Shown here: positions 16,930 to 26,169 of the stretch, in pieces
Numbering within the stretch: position 1 is the first letter of the stretch
Layout: the number at the start of each line of letters is the position of its first letter
IMG/VR virus record: IMGVR_UViG_3300036814_001747
Coordinates: 1-30,713 of that record
Source of the DNA: a virus
Taxonomy: Duplodnaviria > Caudoviricetes
DNA: 30,713 bases
Reading direction: 5' to 3' (one strand)
The notes under the pieces: generated by a model
What the model was told of the DNA's origin: nothing
Databases searched by the model: none
The model's input: the letters and a program-made list of their open reading frames with translations, nothing else
Program-made: the position numbers and the translations under genes

Positions 16930-17315
16930 CAGTTCGCCTCCGTCTGTTCTCTCGTCAATCGTGCAACAAGAGACTCACCTTTGATCTGTGCCGTCATTGG
17001 ATTACCGTATTTGTCACGACCTTTAATCATTCCATCTGTGTCCGACATAGCAGCAGCCTGGTAGGCATTTTGTTCGAGCACTCGACCTCTTGTAGATCGG
17101 AGATTGTCCTTGTTGCACAATAGCATGAATATCTGATCTAGTGTCAAGTCCCCAACTTGATTTGGACTGTATCCGTATCCTCCTTCAAACCCATTCATGC
17201 AGAGAACTCTGATGTGATGCGGAGTGACTCCACACATCAAATCTGATTGAACATCCTCCTCTTCATCTTCGGTATCTTTGTCTTCGCGGGCAGTACCTAG
17301 CCCTGCCCATTTCCC
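16929..17315 (-). CDS. Tail assembly chaperone, -1 frameshift extension (lambda gpT-like)
   Basis: The -1 frame from GGGAAAT is open straight into ORF 16929..17240. Confidence 0.75.
   Translation of the reverse strand, partial: GKWAGLGTAREDKDTEDEEEDVQSDLMCGVTPHHIRVLCMNGFEGGYGYSPNQVGDLTLDQIFMLLCNKDNLRSTRGRVLEQNAYQAAAMSDTDGMIKGRDKYGNPMTAQIKGESLVARLTREQTEAN
17288..17315 (-). other. Programmed -1 ribosomal frameshift site G GGA AAT plus adjacent hairpin
   Basis: X XXY YYZ heptamer at 17315-17309, followed by a GGGCAG..CTGCCC stem. Confidence 0.8.
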
Positions 17316-17947
17316 ACTTGTGGGGTCGACATGGATTCAATATCTCTGCTCAGCATTGCAAGTTGAGCGTCCTTGTTGCTGAACTGTTCTATCACATCCT
17401 CTTTTGTGATACCTCCGTGCTTCACGCAATGGTAAATCATACTGACCATGCCTTCCGCCTCAGCAGTAATCCACCAGTTGACATAACCGGTTGCGATCTT
17501 TCTAGGCGTCTTGCCTGTCATCGCTTTGACTTGTTCGGGTTTGAGAGCTTCTTTGTCCAAGCAGTTGAGCACTATCTTTTCCAATGCTCGCTTGTTGTAC
17601 TTGTCGGCATCCTCTCCTACGTTGTTCACCAGCCACTGTTTGAGCTTTGGAGTGATTACGATACCAGACATATCGTACACGAATTTCTTAGGCAGGATGT
17701 CCACATCCCAACGAGCACATTCCTCTGCCTTTTGAAGAAGCAAATCATCTCCACCCGGCAGAAGGTCGACATTGTCTGCAAACGCTTGCAAATATCGGCG
17801 GCGGTACTGCTGCAAACAGTCACGTTCTATTTCGCCAATTTCACGGATGGACAAGGGTCTCGCTGAACATGGTTTACCGTTTATGGTTAACCCATCAGGA
17901 GACCCTGAGGCCACTGCTCTAGCTACATCATCACTCATCACATCCAC
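17297..17947 (-). CDS. Tail assembly chaperone (lambda gpG-like)
   Basis: Between tail tube and tape measure; slippery site just before its stop. Confidence 0.8.
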   Translation of the reverse strand: MDVMSDDVARAVASGSPDGLTINGKPCSARPLSIREIGEIERDCLQQYRRRYLQAFADNVDLLPGGDDLLLQKAEECARWDVDILPKKFVYDMSGIVITPKLKQWLVNNVGEDADKYNKRALEKIVLNCLDKEALKPEQVKAMTGKTPRKIATGYVNWWITAEAEGMVSMIYHCVKHGGITKEDVIEQFSNKDAQLAMLSRDIESMSTPQVGNGQG

Positions 17948-17954
17948 CTAATCA

Positions 17955-18389
17955 CTAGGATGGATACGTTCGACTTCCAGCCCCAGACTGACCTGGGTAA
18001 TAGAATATTCCGTCCGCACCCCAAGCTGATGTCCAACCAATGACTTCTTGCGTGTCTACATCGACCACAAGAGAGAAGTCGTCATTCATCGCACATGGGA
18101 AGTCCCAATACAGCGTCGTGCTCATAAACAGAACACAAGCCGCCTTATCGCCCGGTTGAAAGAGGTCCCACTGCTCGGAAGTTGAATCAAACTTCCCTTC
18201 TGCAGAGTAAGTCGCGTCTTTCCGTCCAGGCGTACGAGCGGTGTATCCACCAGTATCGCTGTCGCCCCATTCGCTCTTAGAAGCGAGCTTGGGGTTGACA
18301 CTCCATTTGGTAGTACGAGCGACGCTGGTTGCACCTACTGTGAATCGACCTGCAACTCCGGTAACGGCAGTTGTGGTTGCTGTTGTCAT
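17955..18389 (-). CDS. Major tail tube protein
   Basis: KWSVN..DSDTGGY..PGRKDATYSAEGKFD resembles siphovirus tube proteins; synteny supports it. Confidence 0.75.
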   Translation of the reverse strand: MTTATTTAVTGVAGRFTVGATSVARTTKWSVNPKLASKSEWGDSDTGGYTARTPGRKDATYSAEGKFDSTSEQWDLFQPGDKAACVLFMSTTLYWDFPCAMNDDFSLVVDVDTQEVIGWTSAWGADGIFYYPGQSGAGSRTYPS

Positions 18390-18400
18390 TTTTCAAATCC

Positions 18401-19090
18401 TTAACTTGTTGATGAGCTAGAGCTGCTACTCGCCGAACTAGAACTTGCACTAGACGAACTCTGACTCGACGAGCTTTCACTTGATGAACTTGAACTAGAG
18501 CTTGATGAGCTGCTGCTGCTTGACGAACTGGATTCGTTGTCGTCGTGTCGCCCAAGTATCAAAATCTGGAAACTTACATCAGCGTCCACTGCTGTGAGTT
18601 TTAAGCGATGCGAGCTTGCGTCAGCAACGTCAAATCCTTCTTCCGCTTTTTGAATCTTGATCAACACTCCGCCCGGATACAAAGCTCCACCATTTGATGT
18701 GGTGTGCGATCCAATTGGAGCCCAGCCTGCTGTTGAATCAGGCTCAATTTCCAGACGACCTGTGAGTCCTGTGTTCAAGTTCTGTATTCCGAAGAATACA
18801 ACTTCTTCAAGAGAGAGGGCTTGCCCAACAATGTCTAAGCCCGCCCCTGCACCGGCATCCAAACCCGCGAAGTCATACAGGTCGATCACGAGAGTACCTG
18901 CGGCAGTGATTGTCGCTTTGTACTCCCATGCCCGGTTTGCTTCGTTGGCACTGACGCCTGACGTCAATGTCGGGTCAAACTGGAATGTCTGTTGCCCGCT
19001 TGCCGTCTTTGTGATCGGTGTGAGCACATTCTGCACAGTAGCGAGAGTTGACACTTTGAGCGAAATGGATTCGAGTGTTCGTACTGTCAT
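18401..19090 (-). CDS. Putative virion beta-rich protein with C-terminal poly-serine tail (38 Ser in last 43 aa)
   Basis: Between tail terminator and tube; tail encoded by mixed TCN/AGY codons. Confidence 0.8.
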   Translation of the reverse strand: MTVRTLESISLKVSTLATVQNVLTPITKTASGQQTFQFDPTLTSGVSANEANRAWEYKATITAAGTLVIDLYDFAGLDAGAGAGLDIVGQALSLEEVVFFGIQNLNTGLTGRLEIEPDSTAGWAPIGSHTTSNGGALYPGGVLIKIQKAEEGFDVADASSHRLKLTAVDADVSFQILILGRHDDNESSSSSSSSSSSSSSSSSSESSSSQSSSSASSSSASSSSSSSTS

Positions 19091-19093
19091 GAT

Positions 19094-19600
19094 TTATACC
19101 GATACAGGGACGTCTGCTGTGAGTTGATAATTGATCGTCCAAAGGTGTTCGTCTTCCGGCATTCTGGCACCAAAATCATTTTGGTATTGGCATAGAAGAA
19201 TCCCACCATGGTCTAAATCCCAAACTTTCGGAGAGTACTCTGGATGACCTCCATAAACTCTCATCACTTCTTCTGCCATTGCAGCCGCAACCCGCTTCGC
19301 GTTGCCTACGTTGATTATGTTGCGAGCATATATCTGGAACTGGATTGGGTGTTGTCTTATTTCCTGAATTCGGACGTTTGCCCGACCAGTAGTTGCTGCA
19401 CTGCTACGCGATGTCGTAGCACCTGAAGAAACGGAAAAATTGCAGTACGGAAAAGGCTGCCCACCTGGTGCTTCTGTATCATTAAGAACAAGAAACTCAT
19501 CTGACTGCCCTGTCGTCCAGTATTGACTGAAGTGAGCGTCGAGGGCCTCATCGTCCCAGACGCGTACCAATCCCTTTTCTATGTCAACTTGATTCATCAT
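19094..19600 (-). CDS. Tail terminator/completion protein
   Basis: APGGQPFPYCNF and IQFQIYA motifs; synteny after the gp10-like gene. Confidence 0.7.
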   Translation of the reverse strand: MMNQVDIEKGLVRVWDDEALDAHFSQYWTTGQSDEFLVLNDTEAPGGQPFPYCNFSVSSGATTSRSSAATTGRANVRIQEIRQHPIQFQIYARNIINVGNAKRVAAAMAEEVMRVYGGHPEYSPKVWDLDHGGILLCQYQNDFGARMPEDEHLWTINYQLTADVPVSV

Positions 19601-20037
19601 AGCTTACGAGTGATCATTCTAACAATATTCGCCCTTTCAGCATTCCAAGTCCGGACAAGAAACGATCTGTCCATCTTCAGCTCTAGTATCACTCCATAGT
19701 CAACAGGCGTACCGACGTATCCTTCTGTCACTCCGCCCTCTGTCTTCACTTCTGCAATGATCGTCTTCAACAGGTTTGTTGTATCAGCACGAGGAAACTC
19801 TCCGGGCAACGAACGTTCAGTCACTCTCGTTATCCCACCTATCACTTCTTTTGTGACGGGCTTGGATATGTTCTTGACCACCTTGTCTCTGAGCCAGTTT
19901 GTCGCGATCGCAACTCTATCAGCCAGTGCCAAGTTCGTGTTCTCGACTACCTTTTGAATGAACCATTCGTCCTTCTGTGACTGAACGTCCTCACGTTTGC
20001 CGCGTCGAGCTTTTGCTGCTTGTACTGCTGCGGACAT
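19597..20037 (-). CDS. HK97 gp10-like neck/tail completion protein
   Basis: SLPGEFPRADTTNL, VGTPVDYGVILE and RSFL motifs. Confidence 0.75.
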   Translation of the reverse strand: MSAAVQAAKARRGKREDVQSQKDEWFIQKVVENTNLALADRVAIATNWLRDKVVKNISKPVTKEVIGGITRVTERSLPGEFPRADTTNLLKTIIAEVKTEGGVTEGYVGTPVDYGVILELKMDRSFLVRTWNAERANIVRMITRKL

Positions 20038-20576
20038 TATCCGCCTTTGTGCTCATAAGACATGAAGTACCCGTTCGCTTTTCCTACTGGCTTCCCTGCC
20101 AATACTTCAGAAGTCCTTCGCACTGGATAGGAGACTTTGAAGGTAAACGAATGACCATCCTCGTGAGTGAAATGAGTCTTTCGCTTGTGATGCGGAGTGT
20201 CGTTCTTAGGATGGTGTTCTTTGAATCCCTGCTTTTTGAGTTTTGATCCAATCACAGACGCTGCTGTCTGTGCCTGCATAATCTTTCGCATGTTCTTCGT
20301 TTTGATTTCCATCAAACCGACAGAAGATTTTCCATGCTTCGAGAATTTCATAGATCCAGGCATAACACCTTTCATATCATCAGCTGATACAGCCTTTGGA
20401 GGTTTCTTACCACCACCTCCTCCACTGCTACTCCCTCCACTACTCCCAGAGGATGGTTTTGCCCCACCCCCTCGAGGACAGGGACCCGGACGTCCACTGC
20501 CCGGTCCTCCGCACTTGGATGCTTCAATTAGAATAGCTGCTATGAGTTTTTCTTCACCTTTGGACACAACAATCAA
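20037..20576 (-). CDS. Basic protein with KCGGPGSGRPGPCP tag (putative internal head protein)
   Basis: Motif shared with 22965..23792; Gly/Ser linker; Lys-rich. Confidence 0.7.
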   Translation of the reverse strand: MIVVSKGEEKLIAAILIEASKCGGPGSGRPGPCPRGGGAKPSSGSSGGSSSGGGGGKKPPKAVSADDMKGVMPGSMKFSKHGKSSVGLMEIKTKNMRKIMQAQTAASVIGSKLKKQGFKEHHPKNDTPHHKRKTHFTHEDGHSFTFKVSYPVRRTSEVLAGKPVGKANGYFMSYEHKGG

Positions 20577-21178
20577 CCTCCAGATGCTGTCAGTTTCTCA
20601 ACCCAAGTGTCCCAATCCTGTGCGAACATCGGTTGCGTGTTCATCACAACAGAACCAGGATTCAGAAGATACTTACCTGGCAGATCGTCAATGTCATCAA
20701 TGTCCGGTTGAGCACCGGCAACCATCTTGACGTGCCTATTTTTCAATGCGTGCCATACTTCCTTGCACAGCGATTTCATTCTGTGGACGTCAAGCTCGCC
20801 CTTTTGCTGCGGGATTCCATTCAGCGAGTCCAGAGTATAAGGCGAATGGCTTTTCATCCACTTCATAATCCGCTCAAGCATGTCTGTATCGTCACGCAGT
20901 GGGTCGGTAATCGTGTACTTCAATTCCAGTGGATCAATCGCAAGGATCATTCCAGGGATCGGAGGCAATGAAGCCAACGTCCGTGCCTGATCTAACGGGA
21001 CCCTTGATTCGTTTGGGTCTTCTGTCACGATCGCTTTGCCGCCTCGGATTGTCGAACGCAAACGACATCCAGGGATGCACTGCACAACCAAGTCATCATT
21101 ACGAGGATGATCTACTTGGACAGCGAACTTGGGTACTACCAAATCGCCTTCTGTTGTTTCAACTTCTGCTGTAGACAT
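20573..21178 (-). CDS. Hypothetical head-module protein
   Basis: 201-aa ORF directly after the capsid gene and terminator. Confidence 0.75.
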   Translation of the reverse strand: MSTAEVETTEGDLVVPKFAVQVDHPRNDDLVVQCIPGCRLRSTIRGGKAIVTEDPNESRVPLDQARTLASLPPIPGMILAIDPLELKYTITDPLRDDTDMLERIMKWMKSHSPYTLDSLNGIPQQKGELDVHRMKSLCKEVWHALKNRHVKMVAGAQPDIDDIDDLPGKYLLNPGSVVMNTQPMFAQDWDTWVEKLTASGG

Positions 21179-21215
21179 AATTTCTTCTTTCAGTGTTTTT
21201 GGGAAAACCCCACAT

Positions 21216-21257
21216 AAAGAAAACAGCCTGCACCCACAAGATGCAGATGCAGGCTGT
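21216..21257 (-). terminator. Intrinsic terminator after the major capsid gene
   Basis: 10-bp stem ACAGCCTGCA/TGCAGGCTGT followed by TTTCTTT on the minus strand. Confidence 0.65.
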
Positions 21258-21275
21258 CAAAACTCAACACAGCGA

Positions 21276-22895
21276 TCAGACAAGGGCGTCGGTTGTCCGC
21301 CCAATGACTGCACCACGTTCCATCTGGCCACCGTAGCGGGCCATCGCGACCATCAGCATCTCATTATTTCTAATGAGCGTATCGCCTTCAGTAGAGGTCC
21401 TCATTGTGAGGCCTCGACGTCGGTACATACGATAGCGTGCCATAATCGCGTACATGATTTGGCGGTTGGTCAGAGACTCATTGATTTTGAAGTCTCGTTC
21501 CATCCACGAGTAGCTGTCGTAAGACATACCACCCAGACGACGTGCATCACTAGCACCAACTGGAATAGCACGAGCTCTCATATAGCTCGTTTCTGTTCCA
21601 AGGAACACAGCAGACGATTTCACGTTGCTACGGTGCTCATTTTTCGGCACAGCAAAACGAAGTGATTCGTAATTGCCAAGCGATGTGGTCGAACTGAATG
21701 TGACAGCAGAAGCGCCTGACTTGTTGACAATGCCTTCCGGCTGCGTTGTGCCGTTACCAGCTGCGATCACATCGTCGAGGTCTTCAAGAAGACGTTCGCC
21801 GTACTGAGCGGAGACATGGGAACCAAAATCGATTGGCGTATCGGACAAGAAGTCCAAGCCAATTCGAATAGCACCTTCCCAGCGGAAAATGGTCGTGTCA
21901 AATGCTGACACGTAGGAGGTTGTGGAGAAGAGCGAGATAGCAGAGTCGTCGACTCCACCCCAGCTCGACGTCACAGTACCTGTCGCAACGCCTTCGACCC
22001 GTCGTCCTCGATCAAGTGGCTTGACTTGGACAAGCGGATACAACTCTCCGTGCAGCAGGGGCGTCTGGATGATCTGATCGTCAAAGACAATCGGAGCAGC
22101 TTCCAATCCGCCTGAAGTGGCATCGTCGATCAAAGCCTTTTGCTCTGAAGGATTCAACTTGCGATCCTTGATGTCGGCATAGTCACCGCCATCAGAAGCA
22201 CCGCCCCACTTTTCGTTCTCTAACGCATAGAGAACCAATTCCCTGTCATGCTGAGGGAGCTGTTGAAGAGCAAGTGACTTGGACTTGATGATCTTTGAGT
22301 GACAAAGATACTTCGCCCAAGCACCAGCGACAGCTTTGTCGCGTTCTGACGCATCGTCCATCGGACGACCCGTATCGAAGTCCCGCATTGGCTGACCTGC
22401 CAACGGGTGCTTCTTGCCCCTGTTGTTCTCCATCGGATACTGTGCAGCCGACTTGGTAGTGTCGTAATGCTCAGCAGCCTCTTTGACGCGGACATTGAGG
22501 GCTTTTTCGCCTTCGTCTTCGTCAAAGGAATTGAGATTCTGGAGACCAATCGAAGTCAGCATCTTTTCCATACGAGAAGGAACGTGAACTTCCTTCACTT
22601 CTGGCTCGTCGATGACGACCTTCTTCTCGCCTGCTGGTTCTACAACCTTTGCAGGAGCAGCAGCTTTGGCTGCCGTGTTCGCGTCCAACGAAGTTTTCAA
22701 ACCTGCAATGATTGATTTGAAATCACTTGCAGCTTCGTCTTCTTCATCTACGGACATTGCCTTGAACTCGTCAAGGCTCAGGTCACCGCTTACAATCGCA
22801 GCGGCGGCCGCTGACTTGAACTCATCATCAGATGCGTCTTTCGACACGTCTGAATTTTCAATGAGCCAAGTCTTAATCTTTGCTGTCAGATTCAT
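21276..22895 (-). CDS. Major capsid protein (HK97 fold) with long N-terminal scaffold domain
   Basis: QKALIDDATSGG, LSDTPIDF, GNGTTQPEGI and ARYGG motifs; AAAGGAG RBS. Confidence 0.9.
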   Translation of the reverse strand: MNLTAKIKTWLIENSDVSKDASDDEFKSAAAAAIVSGDLSLDEFKAMSVDEEDEAASDFKSIIAGLKTSLDANTAAKAAAPAKVVEPAGEKKVVIDEPEVKEVHVPSRMEKMLTSIGLQNLNSFDEDEGEKALNVRVKEAAEHYDTTKSAAQYPMENNRGKKHPLAGQPMRDFDTGRPMDDASERDKAVAGAWAKYLCHSKIIKSKSLALQQLPQHDRELVLYALENEKWGGASDGGDYADIKDRKLNPSEQKALIDDATSGGLEAAPIVFDDQIIQTPLLHGELYPLVQVKPLDRGRRVEGVATGTVTSSWGGVDDSAISLFSTTSYVSAFDTTIFRWEGAIRIGLDFLSDTPIDFGSHVSAQYGERLLEDLDDVIAAGNGTTQPEGIVNKSGASAVTFSSTTSLGNYESLRFAVPKNEHRSNVKSSAVFLGTETSYMRARAIPVGASDARRLGGMSYDSYSWMERDFKINESLTNRQIMYAIMARYRMYRRRGLTMRTSTEGDTLIRNNEMLMVAMARYGGQMERGAVIGRTTDALV

Positions 22896-22964
22896 TTGAA
22901 TCTCCTTTGATCAGCAAAACAGAAAACCACGTTCGCGACCGCTTCGCTCACTATGGTGTATCAC

Positions 22965-23792
22965 TTACAAGTATCGAGACAGGAATGCCTCGGCTGAGTA
23001 GAGCTTGCTTATAATTTTCTTGGAGGAGGATATCAACTTAGATTTCGGAGCTTCTGGGAATTTGGTGGCAGAGAACTTCAACGCCGCTGCTGCGGAGCCT
23101 CTCGCATCTTCCCAAAGAGCTGATATCTTCTCCTTCTTGAGAATGTTCAATGCCTTCCTTCTCACGGCAGGAGGCAATGCCGCTCCTCCAATTTCTAATG
23201 CTCGTGACAACTTGATTTGAACGGATGTCTTCTCTTTACGACTGACCAATCCTTTTTCATACAAGTGATTGATTGTCTCTTGTTGATGGATCCTTTCGTT
23301 TGGAGACTTGGATTTGATCTTCGCCTGCTTGGCTTTGGTTGCGACCCTCTTTGCGAGCTTTGGCTCAAGATGCTCAATCGCCTGCTGCTCGTTTATCCAT
23401 GGATCCTTTGAGGTAGGTTTGAAGCCTTCCTTCTGAGCCTTCTTCAATGCTGCGATTCTACCTTTACTTGACTTGATCTGTTTATCGAATTCAGCGATCT
23501 CAAGATCAAGCTCTGCCTTCCTCTTTTCGAGTTTGGCGAGTTGAGCAAAGGTCTTTGGGGGCTTGATTTTGCCAGCAGGTTTCTTAGGCGGCTTTTTCTT
23601 GGGCGGTTTCTTAACCGGCTTTTCAGCATCACCTGCAGCGGGCTTCTTTGGGGGCTTACGAGGCTTGGCAGGAGGCTTCTTACCTGGTTTGCGTGGCGGC
23701 TTTTTGCCTCCACTACCTGAAGGCTTCCGCGGGCCTGGGCAGGGACCTGGTGTACCACCTGGGCCTCCGCACTTGTCTGCCTCTGTGGACAT
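22965..23792 (-). CDS. Lys/Pro-rich protein with KCGGPGGTPGPCP tag (putative internal head/DNA-binding protein)
   Basis: KKPP repeats and coiled coil; lies between protease and capsid. Confidence 0.75.
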   Translation of the reverse strand: MSTEADKCGGPGGTPGPCPGPRKPSGSGGKKPPRKPGKKPPAKPRKPPKKPAAGDAEKPVKKPPKKKPPKKPAGKIKPPKTFAQLAKLEKRKAELDLEIAEFDKQIKSSKGRIAALKKAQKEGFKPTSKDPWINEQQAIEHLEPKLAKRVATKAKQAKIKSKSPNERIHQQETINHLYEKGLVSRKEKTSVQIKLSRALEIGGAALPPAVRRKALNILKKEKISALWEDARGSAAAALKFSATKFPEAPKSKLISSSKKIISKLYSAEAFLSRYL

Positions 23793-25399
23793 TACAGCCC
23801 CTTGACGAATTCATTGACTGCGAGAGTTTCCGACTTGATAGCGGACACAGAGGCGATCGTATTGACGACCTGTGTCAGCTTCGCGAAATCATCTGCATCG
23901 CCTTCAGTAAGAATGAATTCCAATGCGTCAGACACAGTGTAATCTTCTTCAGCAGGTTCGTCGACGATTGAATCAATCGTGCCCTTGATTCCAAAAGCAA
24001 CTTCTTTCAATGTCTCGTGGAAGACCTTATCCTGCACCGTGAGTTTGAGCTGCACTTCTTCCGGAGCACCTGCCCACTTCGCCTCACCGTCTGTCATCGT
24101 CCATTTGATTTTGTAGTGGTACTCTCCACCATCTTTGGAGCACATGACAATCGCATAATCTGCCTTCGTTGCGATGATGTACGAATAGCCGGACATCATT
24201 CCTTTGCCTTCTTCGTAAGGCTCAACCACTCCGGCGTTTTCTAGAAACTTGTTCAGTCCTCGCTCTAGCTGCAACTTGTATTCTTCCCAACTGCCGGCGA
24301 TGTGCGATTTAGTTTCCAATTCTGCATCAATGTCCTTCTGGTAACCGCAATCGTCGCACTTGCCATCATCTATTGCGGCGCCGCAGTCCGGACAGTTTAC
24401 TTTCGATTCTTTGGAGTCATCCGCTCCTGCTGGGGCTGAGATGGGATCGTCATCTGTTTTCGCTGGTGCACAGTCGCATCCGTCTTGTCCGGCTTTTGCG
24501 GGGTCTCCTCCGCATCCGCAATCCTTTTTGGCGAGTGACTTTGATTCATCATCTGCATCTGCCTTCTTAACAGTGATTGTGAGATCCAATCCACCCGCGG
24601 ACACTGTGGTGGTGTTGTTTTCGCGGAGTCGTTTTCCGTATCCCTTCATCATGCTTGAAGTCAGCTTATCGCTCTCGATCAGGTCCAGCATGATTTCTTG
24701 GACACCTGCATCGGTATTGGCTGGAACGGACACAAGGCTTTCTTCCATCACCTCAAAAGACTTGACATCAAATCCATCCTTGCCTGTCGTTTTCCCACTT
24801 TTGCCTGCCAATGCTTCATATTCCAGAGCACGGAAGCCATGGCTAAATCGACCCATGTCATTGTCGACCATCGTAGCAGCGTCGTTGGCAAGTTCATTCA
24901 AGTCAACGATTGCGGTGTACACTTCCAGGGATTTGGATGTGTGCGACGCAGTGCCGACCACTTTTCCAATCGGCAGGGTGTGGACGTGTTGCCACAGCAG
25001 CAGCATCTTAGGGTCTAGCTTTGCTCCTTGCGTACGAAGGATATCGCCGTCCCTGTCTTTTTTGGGTGACGTGAGAACATTCTTGAAAACCATCAACGTG
25101 TTCTTTGGAAGCTCCATCTCCCCTTTATCTACACGGGATTTGAAGTCCATGTAAATCTCCTGAACCTGCATATCAGGCTGGGAGTAGGTCAGCGTTGACT
25201 CTGCCTTTTTGAGAGCGTCATTGAAACTGACGTTCCCTTTCGCAGCATAGCGATAGCACAGATCGGAACCTACGCACTGCTGCAAGGTCTTCACGTACCT
25301 ATCGGCAGTGGTGATGCCATAGTTGAATTCACCACCAGGCTCATTTCTGGACTTCACGTCAATTAGAAGCGAGCTATTTGGATCAGTTGACGTTGGCAT
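23792..25399 (-). CDS. HK97-family prohead protease with Cys-rich C-terminal extension
   Basis: DRDGDI, LLWQH..PIGK, FSHGF and EESLVSVPAN motifs; TAATG overlap at 25399. Confidence 0.9.
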   Translation of the reverse strand: MPTSTDPNSSLLIDVKSRNEPGGEFNYGITTADRYVKTLQQCVGSDLCYRYAAKGNVSFNDALKKAESTLTYSQPDMQVQEIYMDFKSRVDKGEMELPKNTLMVFKNVLTSPKKDRDGDILRTQGAKLDPKMLLLWQHVHTLPIGKVVGTASHTSKSLEVYTAIVDLNELANDAATMVDNDMGRFSHGFRALEYEALAGKSGKTTGKDGFDVKSFEVMEESLVSVPANTDAGVQEIMLDLIESDKLTSSMMKGYGKRLRENNTTTVSAGGLDLTITVKKADADDESKSLAKKDCGCGGDPAKAGQDGCDCAPAKTDDDPISAPAGADDSKESKVNCPDCGAAIDDGKCDDCGYQKDIDAELETKSHIAGSWEEYKLQLERGLNKFLENAGVVEPYEEGKGMMSGYSYIIATKADYAIVMCSKDGGEYHYKIKWTMTDGEAKWAGAPEEVQLKLTVQDKVFHETLKEVAFGIKGTIDSIVDEPAEEDYTVSDALEFILTEGDADDFAKLTQVVNTIASVSAIKSETLAVNEFVKGL

Positions 25400-25689
25400 T
25401 AGACTCCCCGTCCGCCGTGGCATATAACTTCAAAATCGGCGTCCGTGCCAGTTGCTCTGATGAACTTGATGTTCTTCGCATCTTCAACAGGTACCGTCCT
25501 CGTGGCGTTGGCACTGAACAGGATGCCAAGGCTCACACTTGGCACACCCGTTCCATCGAACGATGCCCAGAAAGTATTGGTAGCTCCGTTGATTATCTCA
25601 ACAAAGTTAGTACCAACTGCAAAAGTGATGGCTGATTCCGTGAGTACGGAACTGGTCGCCGTCACTCTTTCGTGCGAGAGTACTGACAT
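25399..25689 (-). CDS. Small beta-rich hypothetical protein (possible decoration protein)
   Basis: 96 aa, coupled to the protease start. Confidence 0.7.
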   Translation of the reverse strand: MSVLSHERVTATSSVLTESAITFAVGTNFVEIINGATNTFWASFDGTGVPSVSLGILFSANATRTVPVEDAKNIKFIRATGTDADFEVICHGGRGV

Positions 25690-25697
25690 AGTTCTTA

Positions 25698-26102
25698 TCA
25701 GCTAGTAGAGGATGAAGAGCTGCTCTGTGAGCTGCTGCTGCTTGAGCTCTGACTTGATGAGCTACTGCTAGAACTCGATGAGCTGGAAGATAAGTCTTCC
25801 ATAGAGAGGACACGAAATCCTCCGGGCGTTGCAGCAGGACCAGGAAACTGAAGTTCGCCGGTGTGAAAATTCAACACCTGCGTAGATCCAACTTCTCCGG
25901 AGTCCAATGTGTCGACGAGTGTCGCTTGCCAAATCACGTCGTTGGTAAGATTGACTGTCACTGTCTCGACCGTCGATCCCAACGACTGAGTCGAAAATGC
26001 AGACGGCATCGTATCGTCGCCCGCTTTGGGCATACGAGTGATTGTCAACGCTCTTGACGCAAGGTTGAAAGCGGGTCCAAGATAAAAATCGACGCCACGC
26101 AT
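25698..26102 (-). CDS. Small beta-rich protein with C-terminal poly-serine tail (27 Ser in last 30 aa)
   Basis: GGAG RBS; mixed Ser codons; ends SSSSSSTS like 18401..19090. Confidence 0.8.
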   Translation of the reverse strand: MRGVDFYLGPAFNLASRALTITRMPKAGDDTMPSAFSTQSLGSTVETVTVNLTNDVIWQATLVDTLDSGEVGSTQVLNFHTGELQFPGPAATPGGFRVLSMEDLSSSSSSSSSSSSSQSSSSSSSQSSSSSSTS

Positions 26103-26169
26103 AATTCATTCTCCAATGGTTTTGGAATCAATCGGATTGTAAGGGACTTCTTCTTCTCTGCAATACGTG

